A stretch of 64,000 nucleotides of DNA, taken from positions 231,012,001 through 231,076,000 of the forward strand of contig OZ024740.1 in NCBI GenBank assembly GCA_964016885.1, given 5' to 3'. The notes beneath the pieces were generated by a model. That model made no database searches. It saw nothing but the letters and a program-made list of their open reading frames with translations, and was not told the origin of the DNA. Numbering within the stretch: position 1 is the stretch's first letter; every line of letters starts with the position of its first letter. The stretch comes from Eledone cirrhosa (lineage: Eukaryota). This document shows, piece after piece, positions 10,542 through 22,400 of the stretch. The position numbers and the translations under genes were made by a program.

Positions 10542-11962
10542 AAATAATAATAATAATGAAATTATTGTGTAAAGTGCTCAGGTGCACTACAACTCGTCAA
10601 AGTTGCATGTATAGTACATAGAATAATATACAAATGTCAGGGAAGTGAATAGTGTATGAGTCATGATATACATGTGTGTATGTGTATGGAGGGGGAACAT
10701 TAGGTGTAGTGTTGGCGAATCTCGGGAAGCATGGATGTTTTAAAGGATGCAGTGTCTCGACAGCTAACAACTGATGCAGGTAGTTTGTTCCATGCTTCAG
10801 CAACTCTGAGCGTGAAAAAATGTTTCGAAAGTCATGGGAACTGTGCTGTTTTCTGAATTTGTGGGTATTCCCATGTGTGTTAGACACATGGAAATCAAAA
10901 AGGCACTCAGGGTTGTTGTTGGCAAGATGGTTAATAATTTTGTGGGTGTTTACCAAGTCAGTTGCCATGCGTCGGAGCTTCAATGTATCCATGCCCAGGG
11001 AAGCAAGGCGTTCAGAATATGGTAGATGCCTGATGGAGGGTATTCGCTTGGTTGAACGTCTCTGAACAGTTTCCAGGCGGTCAATGTTCTGAGCAAGATA
11101 GGAGCTCCAGACTGGTGATGCAAATCCCTCGGCCCTCTTGACAAGTTTAGAGACGTGCTTTGTCCAACGCAAATCGCTGCTGACCGTAATGCCCAGGTCA
11201 CGTTCACAAGAAGACTTCTTGATATTAGTGCTGTGGAGGGAGTATGTGGACGCTGGGTTTTTACTCCCAAAATGCATGGTGGTGCACTTGTCCACAGCTA
11301 GCTTGAGTTGCCAGTCTGAGATCCATTGTTGCATTGTGTCCAGGTCAGACTGCAAGCAAGATCTATAGTGTTCAGGATCTGTCCTTTTTATCTCAAGGTA
11401 CAGCTTGATGTAATCTGTGTACTTCAGTACTCTGGCATTCTTTAAGTTGGCATCTATATCATTAATATATGCCACAACCAAAAGGGGGCCAAGAACAGAT
11501 CCTGTGGTACACCAGATGACATCTCATATGGTGAGGATTGCTGTCCCAGAACCGTGACTACCTCTCTTCGACTGAGAATGAAGGACTTCAACCAGTTAAA
11601 AAGATCATCCTTCACACCTATTGCAGAGAGTTTTGCCATAAGCCTTTTGTGTGGCACAGAATTGAAAGCCTTCGCAAAGTCAAGGTAAACATAAACAACA
11701 TCCACCCATGAGCTGCCATCAGTGATCCGGGTGATGTCTTCAAGAAACTCGATAATTTGATCACAGCAGCTGGAGTTGGGGATAAATCCAAATTGCGAGG
11801 GCCGGATAAGATTGTGAGGGTTCCAGAAGTTCCAAAGTGTTTCTCTGACACAGGATTCCATCAGTTTGGCAATGCAACTAGTAAGACTGACTGGACGATA
11901 GTTTACAGGTGATGTGCGGTCACCCTTTTTGAACACAGGAATGACACTGGCAGTTTTCCATA
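10542..11962 (-). mobile_element. 5'-truncated CR1-group LINE (RT and 3' UTR), frameshifted
   Basis: ORFs 11454-11978 and 10597-11481: WKTASVIPVFKKGD, NYRPVSLTS, YLDFAKAFNSVPH, SGVPQ, YTDYIKL (degenerate ADD motif), ERDLGI, LETVQRR; (TTA)n tail near 10543-10557. Confidence 0.9.
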
Positions 11963-12449
11963 AGCAATTTTGTATCATAAAACTATGTTGGTTTCAGGAG
12001 GGTTGGTATCAAAAGGGTTAATGATGAATATTAAAAAAAAAAATGTATATACTGAAGAAAGTCAATTGGTTGACAATTACACTTGAGCTGAAATCAACTC
12101 AAGTTACCCCTTCATATATATTTGTATAGAAGAGTTTGTCTTTCACAATGTATGTTCTACTTCAGATAAGACATGGTCTGGAGTACTTACAAAATAAAAA
12201 ATATATTAAGTTAAAAAATATTACTCTTTAATCCTGTTGTAGTTAGTATTGGAGACTTAGGTGTTAAACATGTATAAAAGTACATACACATAAAAACAAA
12301 ATTAAGTAATGAAAGGAGAATGGAAGGGGTAAAGGAGGGCAGATCTGACTGTTTAGGAAAGTAAAGGATTATAAATGACATAAATGAGAGGAAAAGGAGG
12401 GAAAAAGCAAGGACAATTAAGCCATGGAAGAAAGAGAGGGTGATAGGCT

Positions 12450-12930
12450 CTGTGCCTATCGCAGGGTGGTGTTTTGGCTGCATCCTGTGGACAAAACTGC
12501 AAAGGATTTCCATGGACAATAGCCCCTCACTGGGATCCTTCCTCAGATGGGCTGCTGATTTTCTGATTTTCTGGAAGAGCTTGGCAGTACAAGGTCCGAG
12601 GCTGCCTGACCAGTGCAAAATGAAGTAGCTGGACAAACCCTGGTATTTACTTGTTGTCTTGTTCTCTTCATTGTGAGCTGCACTGTCGGGGTTTGTGGCC
12701 AAAATGACTAAGTTGGAGGTGGCGAACATGTCACAGCATATGGTGTTCCAGATGGGAGATTTACTTCCTTCAAATGGAGAAAGGGTATATCTGTCAGGGA
12801 ACTTGCCATCTCTGCGGTCAAGGCTTGCTGGCTCCAGTTGTCATGGGAAGCCAGATGCATCCAGGTTAATATGTTGTTGAAAGCAGCCAGTTGGGGGAAC
12901 CTGCCTGCACTCACGTGGCATGACAGTGAG
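12450..12930 (-). pseudogene. Second CRE-like restriction-like endonuclease fragment
   Basis: - strand LEPASLDRRDGKFPDRYTL.PFEGSK..IWNTICCDMFA...KYQGL...GSLGP, same architecture as 1691-2135 but a divergent sequence. Confidence 0.6.
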
Positions 12931-13345
12931 TGGAGGCCTAACTCATCATTGACAACACCACAATGAGTAGTGAGTACTCTTTAGTCTGGTGAGTCCCAAG
13001 ACAGCCTCACTATTACTGATGCCAGGATGAAATGCACCCAGTCCTCTCTGCGAAGTGGTTAGCATCCAGCTGTAGTTGTTCATACTGATTAACTGTATTG
13101 TGTCCTACTACTGGTATCTGTTCATCTTTAGTTGTTAATAAATTAGAAAAATAACATTGTTTTGTGCTATTATTGTTATTAGAACTGTAGATAATAATGT
13201 TAAAAACAGCATTTTAGAATTACCCTATTCTCATTAAATATTGTAATGTGCTGAGGTGAGGTAATTATTATTATATACGGATTGGAAATATGATTACTGA
13301 AATATATTTATTGAAACAATAAAAAATAAACTCTTTTGAAACAAT

Positions 13346-13566
13346 AAACTCTTTTGATATCAAATCACTTAAAACTGCCCCTGGTTCTACAATACAATGC
13401 TGTTTACTCTAAAAAATCTTCCATCATAACTTTATGTAAGAACTTTTAAGTTATGCTCCAAACACCCAGTTGAATAATGAGAAAGTTAGTTATTTTACTA
13501 AATCTCTCCAAATTCTTCATTATTTTCAAAATTATTTCCTTAGAAATATAGCAACAAAATGGTTAA
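13346..13566. mobile_element. Degenerate MITE-like dispersed repeat with TTAA-CC-type ends; related partial copies at ~325-440 (opposite strand) and ~11965-12021
   Basis: Ends AACTCTTTTGATATC...GCAACAAAATGGTTAA; GCTCCAAACA...TTACTAAAT...TTTTCAAAAT resembles the reverse complement of 340-427; GGTATCAAAAGGGTTAA at ~12005-12021. Confidence 0.4.
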
Positions 13567-13889
13567 AATTATCGAACCTTGTTTCTAAAATGTAAAATCA
13601 TGATGACAATATCAATTCTAGCTTATCCATTACTCTAAAGAAATAAAATAAAAAAATGTAATCATATCTTAAAACATAAAAGTCAATGTATATGTGTATG
13701 ATATTTCATGTTGTATATCACAGTTTTGCACCAAGTTAGCTGGGATTTTGCATAGGGGTTGGTCTTTTTAGAGAGGTTATATTTTTGTCATAATTAAAAA
13801 AAAATTAATTAATAATGAAGAATATACATCTACAAGAGAAGGAAATTATTTCTATAATGAAGAAAAAAAGGGAGAGTGAATGTGTAAAT

Positions 13890-14230
13890 ATTTAAGATAG
13901 TGGAAAGGCAGACATATAAATTCAACCAACCGTATTTAGTTGTTATTGACTGCATTTCTTATTCTGTCGTCTGCATTTGCTTGATACAAGAAATGGAGGA
14001 TATCTACGGACCATCAATGAGGAGTTTGCAGATCCAGTACTCAGAATACACATTCAGCTTTATACCTGTTATTATTGGAGCTGCAGGTTATATACCAACC
14101 TGCCTGGTCAAAAATATGGCTGAACTTGGATTCTGGAAGAAAGAATGCAGCTCCTTAATTCATAAACTACAAATGACCATGATGTCTCGAACCTTCAAAA
14201 TCTGTAAAACATTCTTATAATTTAAAAGAT
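13890..14230 (+). pseudogene. 3' fragment of an R4/Dong-like non-LTR element (restriction-like endonuclease C-terminus)
   Basis: ORF 13900-14220: LVVIDC...Y..FIPVIIGAAG.IP..L...KLQ...TFKICKTFL resembles the PVIIGALG C-terminal motif. Confidence 0.5.
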
Positions 14231-14324
14231 GAACAATTACACAAAGGACAACAGAAATCTTTTCTTTGCAACATTGTCACCGAGAAGGTGACAGGTAAAT
14301 AATACTCACAAAACATACATACAA

Positions 14325-14486
14325 TGGTGGGTGTTCCAGTTGATGGATCAATGGAACAGCCTGCTAATGAAATTAATTTATAAGTGACTGAGCATTCCAC
14401 AGGCACGTGTACCCTTACCATAATTCTCTGGAAGACCCAGTCTAACACAGTGTGTGATATAGCTGGTCTTTTGAATTAGGTACAGA
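14325..14486. repeat. Fragment of a dispersed repeat recalled from octopus genomes
   Basis: GTTCCAGTTGATGGATCAATGGAACAGCCTGCT...ACGTGTACCCTTA...AGGTAC; recognition from memory only, single copy here. Confidence 0.4.
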
Positions 14487-14552
14487 CCATCTCTTGGGCT
14501 TCCAAACTGTCCCCATCAATTCAATTTCATTCACAAGACATCGTTACTTTAC

Positions 14553-15008
14553 TACCAAATTTGACGTCTTATAAGACAAAAAGAAAAAAAAAAATCCCAG
14601 AAAATCACCTTGTGTCTTATAAAGTCAAGGGTCAGTTTGGGTTACTGGCTAGTGAAGTTCTGACGCTGTGGTGGCCTTTGAAATAAAACGAAAACATATC
14701 CGCAAATGTAAGTAAGATGGCTACAATCAAAGCTACAATTTTAATTAATTTTATGATGAATAAAATAAATTTATTTTCACTTACTTTTGTTTTTAAAATG
14801 TTCTAAATATTTCAACTAAAAAATACGATGTAGAGAATGAAATGAATTTATTTTCACACATCCTTGTTTTAAAAATGTACTAAAATATTACTAGAATTAT
14901 GATTTAAGATAATAATAAAAAAATACGATGTAAAACTTTATACCCTTCACCTGACATTTGTAATTTAAACTCATTTGCAGTGCATTTTATAAGCCGCCAA
15001 ATACAGTA
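14553..15008. mobile_element. Non-autonomous Tc1/mariner-pogo-like DNA transposon remnant
   Basis: Imperfect TIRs TACCAAATTTGACGTCTTATAAGA versus reverse complement of right end TACTGTATTTGGCGGCTTATAAAA (18/24), TA at both ends. Confidence 0.5.
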
Positions 15009-15339
15009 ATTCAACTCTATCAGACGATCAAAGGGAAACAATTACTAATTTTGAATTTCTAATACGTTGATTAAGAGTTGTTTCCCTTGTTAAAAATACT
15101 AATTAATGAAAAGTTAAAAAAATCCGGAAAATTTGAATCCCCGTCTAATACGAGACGGTAAGGGACTCTGGAGGTCATCTCAATTTTTTATTCTTTTGTT
15201 TACTTTCACAAACCAGACGTGCTGAAGAATGACATCTTAGTTATAAATTCTTCTTAGTTAATGTTTAACGGATTTTCGGTATACACAAAACACCTCTATT
15301 AATAAAATTACTAAGGGAAATGTTTTCCAAATTTTAACT

Positions 15340-15925
15340 CATCATCATCATTCTTTTACGTCCGCTTTTCCGTCCTTGCATGTGTTGGATAGGTCTCTCC
15401 CAACACGGCTTCCTTCCACCTACTGCAGTCCTTTGTCATTTCCTCTGTGAGGTTCAACGTGTTTATATCAGCTCTCACTACTTTTACCCAGATCTTTCTT
15501 GGTCTTCCTATATGGCAGATTCCTTCCACTAGGAACTACTGGTACATACAAGTGCAGTCTATTCTTCTGCACATTACATTTAATTCCTCTTATACACAAT
15601 TTTTCTGGCAGTCCATCTTTGCTTTACCTTCATATTAACATCATAAATCCACCAAAGCATACTCACTTCATTTCTTTCCAGGCTCCACATATCTTCTGCA
15701 TTTACTGTCCATGTGTCACTCCTATGAAACTTCCAATATTGCATGCAAGCATCATACAGCTATCCTTTTGTTGGTAGAAAGAAACCTTTTGCCAACACAG
15801 GCAATAGTGCTGAACTTTTTCCATCCTCATCTTATTCTAGCTACTATATATTCAAGACAATCATCTCCACTGCTAATCAGGTCACCTAGGTAGCAGAAGC
15901 TATCAGTTACTTCTATGAATGGTGA
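15340..15925 (-). pseudogene. RTE-clade LINE 3' fragment
   Basis: - strand IEVTDSFCYLGDLISSG..C...VARIR; (ATG)n tail seen as CATCATCATCAT at ~15340-15352. Confidence 0.7.
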
Positions 15926-16299
15926 AAGTTTATTACACAGAGCCCTTACTCATAATAGTATTGCTCCTATCATTTTTTTCTTGGTGGTGGTAGTGGTGGG
16001 GGATGGGCATGAGGCGTGCAGACGTTCATAATTTTCCAACAAATATTTATGCAAGCCAATAATTATTATGACATCTTTATTCATTATTGTATTGTACATA
16101 TTTTATTATGTTTTTTGTAATTAAAATAAATGAGCAAAATATACAATATTATTTTAATTTAAGAATTTTCCGACAATTTTTTTGGGGGGTGCAGCTGCAC
16201 CCCAAGCACTCTCAGAAACATGTCACTACCCTTACTACAAACTACCCCTGTACAGCATCTACATACAAAGTCTACCTTTTCTGTAAGTCTGATAAACAA

Positions 16300-17040
16300 A
16301 CAAGAAAAAGATGCAGCAACATCTCAGCTACTTCACAATGACAGCTTTTTTTATAACTTCCACAAAGAACTACCAAAAGAATCTACTGCCTCCTAATAAA
16401 TAAAAGTGTCAAGAAAAATCTACTACTATAACAAAGAAGATAACTCTAAAAACCATAACAAAATTAAGACTACCAAATGTTCACCACTGAATATTCTACT
16501 ACTAGCTTTCGATGGAGAGGAGATGGGCTCCACCAGGTTTTAAAGGCCTAGGAAATGCTGTATATCATTACAGTGCCCTCTATGACTCAATCAGGAGTTT
16601 CAGGTCCATACATACCTTTCAATAACAAACCTTTTGTATGGTTAAAAATATGAAATTCAATAAGAGGTTGAATCCCCTACAACAAACATTGTGTCAAAGT
16701 AAATCAAAACATCTTTGCTAATTTGGACAAAACAGAATTCCTTTGAAGTAATTACTCGTTCCTGTTATCTTCTCATCCATTCATCTAAAACTCCATTTTT
16801 AGCACATTAAAAATTACTAAAAAAAAACAAAAACGGCATGGTAGCAACCTTATAGAGTAATGAGAGCCACACACACCAATCCTCTAATACTGCATTCAAC
16901 ATCAGCCTACCTGCCAATACTTTTAAAAAAGCTCTATTATCAGCAACATAAAGAGAAAACACTAACGCCACACCCTCATACTACACATGGTCACTGAAAC
17001 ATTAATATCATCTGTAATGTAATCAGAAAAGAATTTCATT
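16300..17040 (+). pseudogene. Possible highly decayed Penelope-like element fragment
   Basis: Frameshifted remnants resembling WFNPPY (TTGAATCCCCTACAACAAA, ~16668) and FK..Y..H...SYYTWSLK (~16921-17000). Confidence 0.3.
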
Positions 17041-17059
17041 TACCTTAGCTTACCAAGCC

Positions 17060-17236
17060 AATAATGGTTTCTGATTTAGGTGCAAGGCCAACAATTTTTG
17101 GGAAGGGGAAAGTTGATTAAATCGACCTCAGTGTGTTACTGGTACTTTATTTTATCGGCCCCATAAGGATGAAAGTCATAGCTGACCTTGGCAGGATTTG
17201 AATTCAGAAAGTAAAAAGCCAGAACTAAATACTGTC
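17060..17236 (-). mobile_element. tRNA-derived SINE, older long subtype, 5'-truncated
   Basis: ATAATGGTTTCT...AAGGCCA...GGTACTTTATTTTATCG...GGATTTGAATTCAGAA. Confidence 0.85.
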
Positions 17237-17253
17237 ATTAAAACTACCCAATT

Positions 17254-17440
17254 AATAATTGTTTCTACGTTAGGCACAAGGCCAGCAATTACCCAGTGTA
17301 TTACTGGTACTTTATTTTATCGACCCCGTAAGGATGAAAGGCAAAGTCAACCTCGGCGGGATTTGAACTCAGATCGTAAAGGGACATAACTATGCTGGAA
17401 AGCATGGCGTCCGACCCTCTACCGATACTGCCAATCCACC
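17254..17440 (-). mobile_element. Full-length young tRNA-derived SINE with 13-bp TSD
   Basis: 5' end GGTGGATTGGCAGTATCGG, B-box GAGTTCAAATCC; TSD CCCAATTAATAAT at 17247-17259 and 17440-17452. Confidence 0.95.
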
Positions 17441-17453
17441 CCAATTAATAATG

Positions 17454-17694
17454 ATAATAATTGTTTCTACTTTTGGCACAAGGCCAAACATTTTGGGAGA
17501 AGGGGAAAGTCAATTAAACCAAACTCACTGCATTACTGTTACTTTATTTTATTGACCCCAGTGTATTACAGGTGCTTTATTTTATTGACCCCCATAAGGA
17601 TGAAAGGCAAAGCTAACCTCTGTGGGATTTGAACTCAGAACATAAAGGGATGCAAAGCATGTTGTCCGATGCTCTAATGATACTGCAAATCCAC
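17454..17694 (-). mobile_element. tRNA-derived SINE, long subtype with internal ~33-bp duplication
   Basis: Same termini; CTTTATTTTATTGACCCC occurs twice (~17542 and ~17575). Confidence 0.88.
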
Positions 17695-17699
17695 TTCCC

Positions 17700-18850
17700 T
17701 AGGGTCCTTCATAATAAAATTGGTCCATCTTTCAACCATCCAGCTTGGCACTTCACTCTGTGCAACAAATTTTATAGCTTACATTAAAATGCTTAATCCA
17801 GTAGCCATGGATATGGCTTGGTCCTGGAGTCTTCCAGTTTTGCAAACTTTTGGCTTCTATATTGACGTCATCACTAATGAATGGAACTGAGTCCTGTTTA
17901 GGTATTTCTTTAAGCTCTTCAGATATTAACAAACCAATATTTACATTGTGGTTTAAAGGTACTTCCCACAGGTAACTCCAGAAAGTTGTATCTTCATGAG
18001 TGATTAATCTTTAACACCATCACTCCTTAGACTTTATAAAAAACTATTTTTGACAGCTTTTCAATAGACTTTTTATTTTTGAAGTAAAGCATTCTTTGTG
18101 TGTATTGTTGGATTTTTTACACTTCACGCACTGTGTTGCACTATGTTGGCCTAGTTCTCTAAGCTGGTATTTTCTGTCCAACCTTCTTTATTTCATTCCC
18201 ACCTTTTTCTCCACAATCATTTCTGCTCAGATCTTTATGTAATGTTTTAATGCCACTTTCTATCCTTCACTTCCACGAGGGTAGTCTTTTCTTGTTGTTT
18301 GTAGCCTACTAGCCTTCTACAATGCTGCTTATTGTAGAAGATTTCTTGCTTCTGTTATTTTCTGAATTGCTATTATCTCAATGAAATCATTCACAGCATT
18401 GTTTTCTTTCTTTAATTTGTGTCCTGAGACAGTTTTGAGATTAGATACAATGGACATCACAGCACCTGACATGATCTTTTTTAGTCTATTCACTATTAAT
18501 AATTTGTCCTTATCTATATTATCTAAATCCGATTCACTACTCCCTCTTGAATATTCTTCTACTTTCCCAGTCTGAATTTTATCTTCCTCCATTGCCACTA
18601 CATGTCTCTCAATTACGTTACAACTTAGATCTACATTCCTTCAATTCTAAACATATGTCTCTTGACCTCCTCAATTTCCTGTTAAAAGCCATTATTTCCA
18701 CTTTGCTGAGTCTAGTCACTTAACCTTTGTTTGCCTATGTTGGACATACACATTTTGGGCCAGAACACATTCTGTCCATGAATCCAATTTGTTTTGACTT
18801 ACTTCAAATATGATACTCCATGATATTACATAACTGCCCTGTTGACCTTA
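17700..18850 (-). pseudogene. N-terminal/pre-RT fragment of an R4/Dong-like non-LTR element
   Basis: - strand ITEARNLL, PSWK*RIE..I..L.KDLS, FWSYLWE....HN, NWKTPGPSHIHGYWIKHF. Confidence 0.6.
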
Positions 18851-18910
18851 TTCCAGTCAATTTGTTCTACTTTCAGGTAAGGTGGAATAGTCTGTACATT
18901 TTCAGCAGTT

Positions 18911-19186
18911 GAAGGGTAATAACCAGCCCCACATCTCATGCTGTACAATGAGACACCTATCATGAGTTCAAAGGTAATGACCCCCCCCCCACCAGTACAA
19001 GGAAACACCTGTCAGGAGTTAAAAGGTAATGACCAGCCCCCCCTCCCTCATGTTGTACAATGACACACCTGTCAGGAGTAAAAAGGTAATGACCAGTCCC
19101 CACTCCCTCCTGTTGTACAATGAAACACCAGTACCCCCACTTCCTGTTGAGACACCTGTCAACAGGTTGTACAATGAGACACTTAT
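18911..19186. repeat. Degenerate minisatellite (~50-60 bp units)
   Basis: Recurrent TGTACAATGAGACACCTGTC and AAAGGTAATGACCAG blocks; generates the repetitive ORFs 18960-19289 etc. Confidence 0.8.
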
Positions 19187-19259
19187 CAGCATCAACATCT
19201 TTACTATGGCTACCAGTTTCATTTCCATTGTTCTGGAACAAATCCTTATTTGCTAAGAT

Positions 19260-19426
19260 TAGAGGGTTGGACGCCATCCTTTCTAGCATAGTTACGTCCC
19301 TTTACAGTCTGAGTTCAAATCCCGCTGAGGTTAACTTTGCCTTTCATCCTTACGGGGTCGATAAAATAAAGTACCAGTAATGTACTGGATAATTGCTGGC
19401 CTTGTGCCTAAAGTAGAAACAATTAT
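19260..19426 (+). mobile_element. tRNA-derived SINE, 5'-truncated by ~15 nt, 10-bp TSD
   Basis: TAGAGGGTTGGACGCC...GAGTTCAAATCC...GTAGAAACAATTATT; TSD TTATTTGCTA at 19246-19255 and 19423-19432. Confidence 0.92.
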
Positions 19427-19484
19427 TTGCTACTACTATCAATATCATTGCTGCTATGAAAGGGGAGATTAATAATATGGTTGT

Positions 19485-22400
19485 TATTACAACCCTACTA
19501 TAATAGGGTATGTCTCTAGGACTACTATTACAACCCTACTATAATAGGGTATATCTCTAGGACTACCATTACAACCCTACTATAATAGAGGATGTCTCTA
19601 GGACTACTATTACAACCTTACTATAATAGGGTATGTCTCTAGGACTACTATTACAACCCTACTATAATAGGGGATGTCTCTAGGACTACTATTACAACCC
19701 TACTATAATAGGGTATGTCTCTAGGACTACTATTACAACCCTACTATAATGGGGTATGTCTCTAGGACTACTATTACAATCCTACTATAATGGGGGATGT
19801 CTCTAGGACTACTATTACAACCCTACTATAATGGGCGATGTCTCTAGGACTACTATTACAACCCTACTATAATGGGAGATGTCTCTAGGACTACTATTAC
19901 AACCCTACTATAATGGGCGATGTCTCTAGGACTACTATTACAACACTACTATAATAGGGGATGTCTCTAGGACTAATATTACAACCCTACTATAATGGGG
20001 GATGTCTCTAGGACTATTATTACAACCCTACTATAATAGAGGATGTCTCTAGGACTACTATTACAACCCTACTATAATAGGGTATGTCTCTAGGACTACT
20101 ATTACAACCCTACTATAATAGGGGATGTCTCTAGGACTACTATTACAACCCTACTATAATAGGGGATGTCTCTAGGACTACTATTACATCCCTACTATAA
20201 TAGGGGATGTCTCTAGGACTACTATTACAACCCTACTATAATGGGGGATATCTCTAGGACTACTATTACAACCCTACTATAATGGGGGATATCTCTAGGA
20301 CTACTATTACAATCCTACTATAATAGGGGATATCTCTAGGACTACTATTACAACCCTACTATAATGGGGGATATCTCTAGGACTACTATTACAACCCTAC
20401 TATAATAGGGTATGTCTCTAGGACTACTATTACAACCCTACTATAATAGGGGATGTCTCTAGGACTACTATTACAACCCTATTATAATAGGGGATGTCTC
20501 TAGGACTACTATTACAACCATACTATAATAGGGGATGTCTCTAGGACTACTATTACAACCCTACTATAATAGGGGATGTCTCTAGGACTACTATTACAAC
20601 CCTACTATAATGGGGGATATCTCTAGGACTACTATTACAACCCTACTATAATGGGGGATATCTCTAGGACTACTATTACAACCCTACTATAATAGGGGAT
20701 ATATCTAGGACTACTATTACAACCCTATTATAATAGAGGATGTCTCTAGGACTACTATTACAACCCTACTATAATAGGGTATGTCTCTAGGACTACTATT
20801 ACAACCCTACTATAATAGGGGATGTCTCTAGGACTACTATTACAACCCTACTATAATAGGGGATGTCTCTAGGACTACTATTACAACACTACTATAATAG
20901 GGGATGTCTCTAGGACTACTATTACAACCCTACTATAATGGGGGATATCTCTAGGACTACTATTACAACCCTACTATAATGGGGGATATCTCTAGGACTA
21001 CTATTACAACCCTACTATAATGGGGGATATCTCTAGGACTACTATTACAACCCTACTATAATGGGGGACGTCTCTAGGACTACTATAACAACCCTACTAT
21101 AATAGGGTATGTCTCTAGGACTACTATTACAACCCTACTATAATAGGGTATGTCTCTAGGACTACTATTACAACCCTACTATAATAGGGTATGTCTCTAG
21201 GACTACTATTACAACCCTACTATAATGGGGTATGTCTCTAGGACTACTATTACAACCCTACTATAATGGGGGATGTCTCTAGGACTACTATTACAACCCT
21301 ACTATAATGGGAGATGTCTCTAGGGCTACTATTACAACCCTACTATAATGGAGGATGTCTCTAGGGTTACTATTACAACCCTACTATAATGTGGGATGTC
21401 TCTAGGACTACTATTACAACCCTACTATAATGGGAGATGTCTCTAGGACTACTATTACAACCCTACTATAATAGGGGATGTCTTTAGGACTACTATTACA
21501 ACCCTACTATAATGTGGTATGTCTCTAGGACTACTATTACAACCCTACTATAATGGGGTATGTCTCTAGGACTACTATTACAACACTACTATAATGGGGG
21601 ATGTCTCTAGGACTACTATTACAACCCTACTATAATGGGGTATGTCTCTAGGACTACTATTACAACCCTACTATAATGGGGTATGTCTCTAGGACTATTA
21701 TTACAACCCAACTATAATGGGGTATGTCTCTAGGACTACTGTTACAACCCTATTATAATGGGGTATGTCTCTAGGGCTACTATTACAACCCTACTATAAT
21801 GGGGGATGACTCTAGGGCTACTATTAAAACCCTGCTATAATAGGGGATGTCTCTAAGACTACTATTACAACCCTACTATAATAGGGAATGTCTCTAGGAC
21901 TACTATTACAACCCTACTATAATGGGGGATGTCTCTAGGACTACTATTACAACCCTACTATAATGGCGGATGTCTCTAGGTCTACTATTACCACCCTACT
22001 ATAATGGGGGATATCTCTAGGACTACTATTACAACACTACTATAATAGGGGATGTCTCTAGGACTACTATTACAACACTACTATAATGGGAAATATCTCT
22101 AGGACTACTATTACAACCCTACTATAATAGGGGATGTCTCTAGAACTACTATTACAACCCTACTATAATGGGGGATGTCTCTAGGACTACTATTACAACC
22201 CTACTATAATGGGGTATGTCTCTAGGGCTACTATTACAACCCTACTATAATGGGAGATGTCTCTAGGACTACTATTACAACCCTACTATAATGGGAGATG
22301 TCTCTAGGACTACTATTACAACCCTACTATAATGGGGTATGTCTCTAGGACTACTATTACAACCCTACTATAATGGGAGATGTCTCTAGGACTACTATTA

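Noticed and set aside
10597-11978. Functional reverse transcriptase gene (retron/DGR-like system with the repeat array)
   Set aside because: Typical CR1-group LINE motifs, 5'-truncated, frameshifted, catalytic motif degenerate (YTDY); no sequence link to the satellite
17254-17440. tRNA gene
   Set aside because: A/B boxes are too far apart, there is no cloverleaf, and it has a tail, TSD and many dispersed copies, so it is a SINE
18960-19380. Overlapping ORFs on both strands
   Set aside because: Products of a minisatellite and SINE sequence; no recognisable domain
21343-21357. TATAAT-GGAGG-ATG looks like a bacterial -10 box, Shine-Dalgarno and start codon
   Set aside because: Spacing is non-functional, the ATG frame closes within about one monomer, and it is just one satellite variant in eukaryotic DNA
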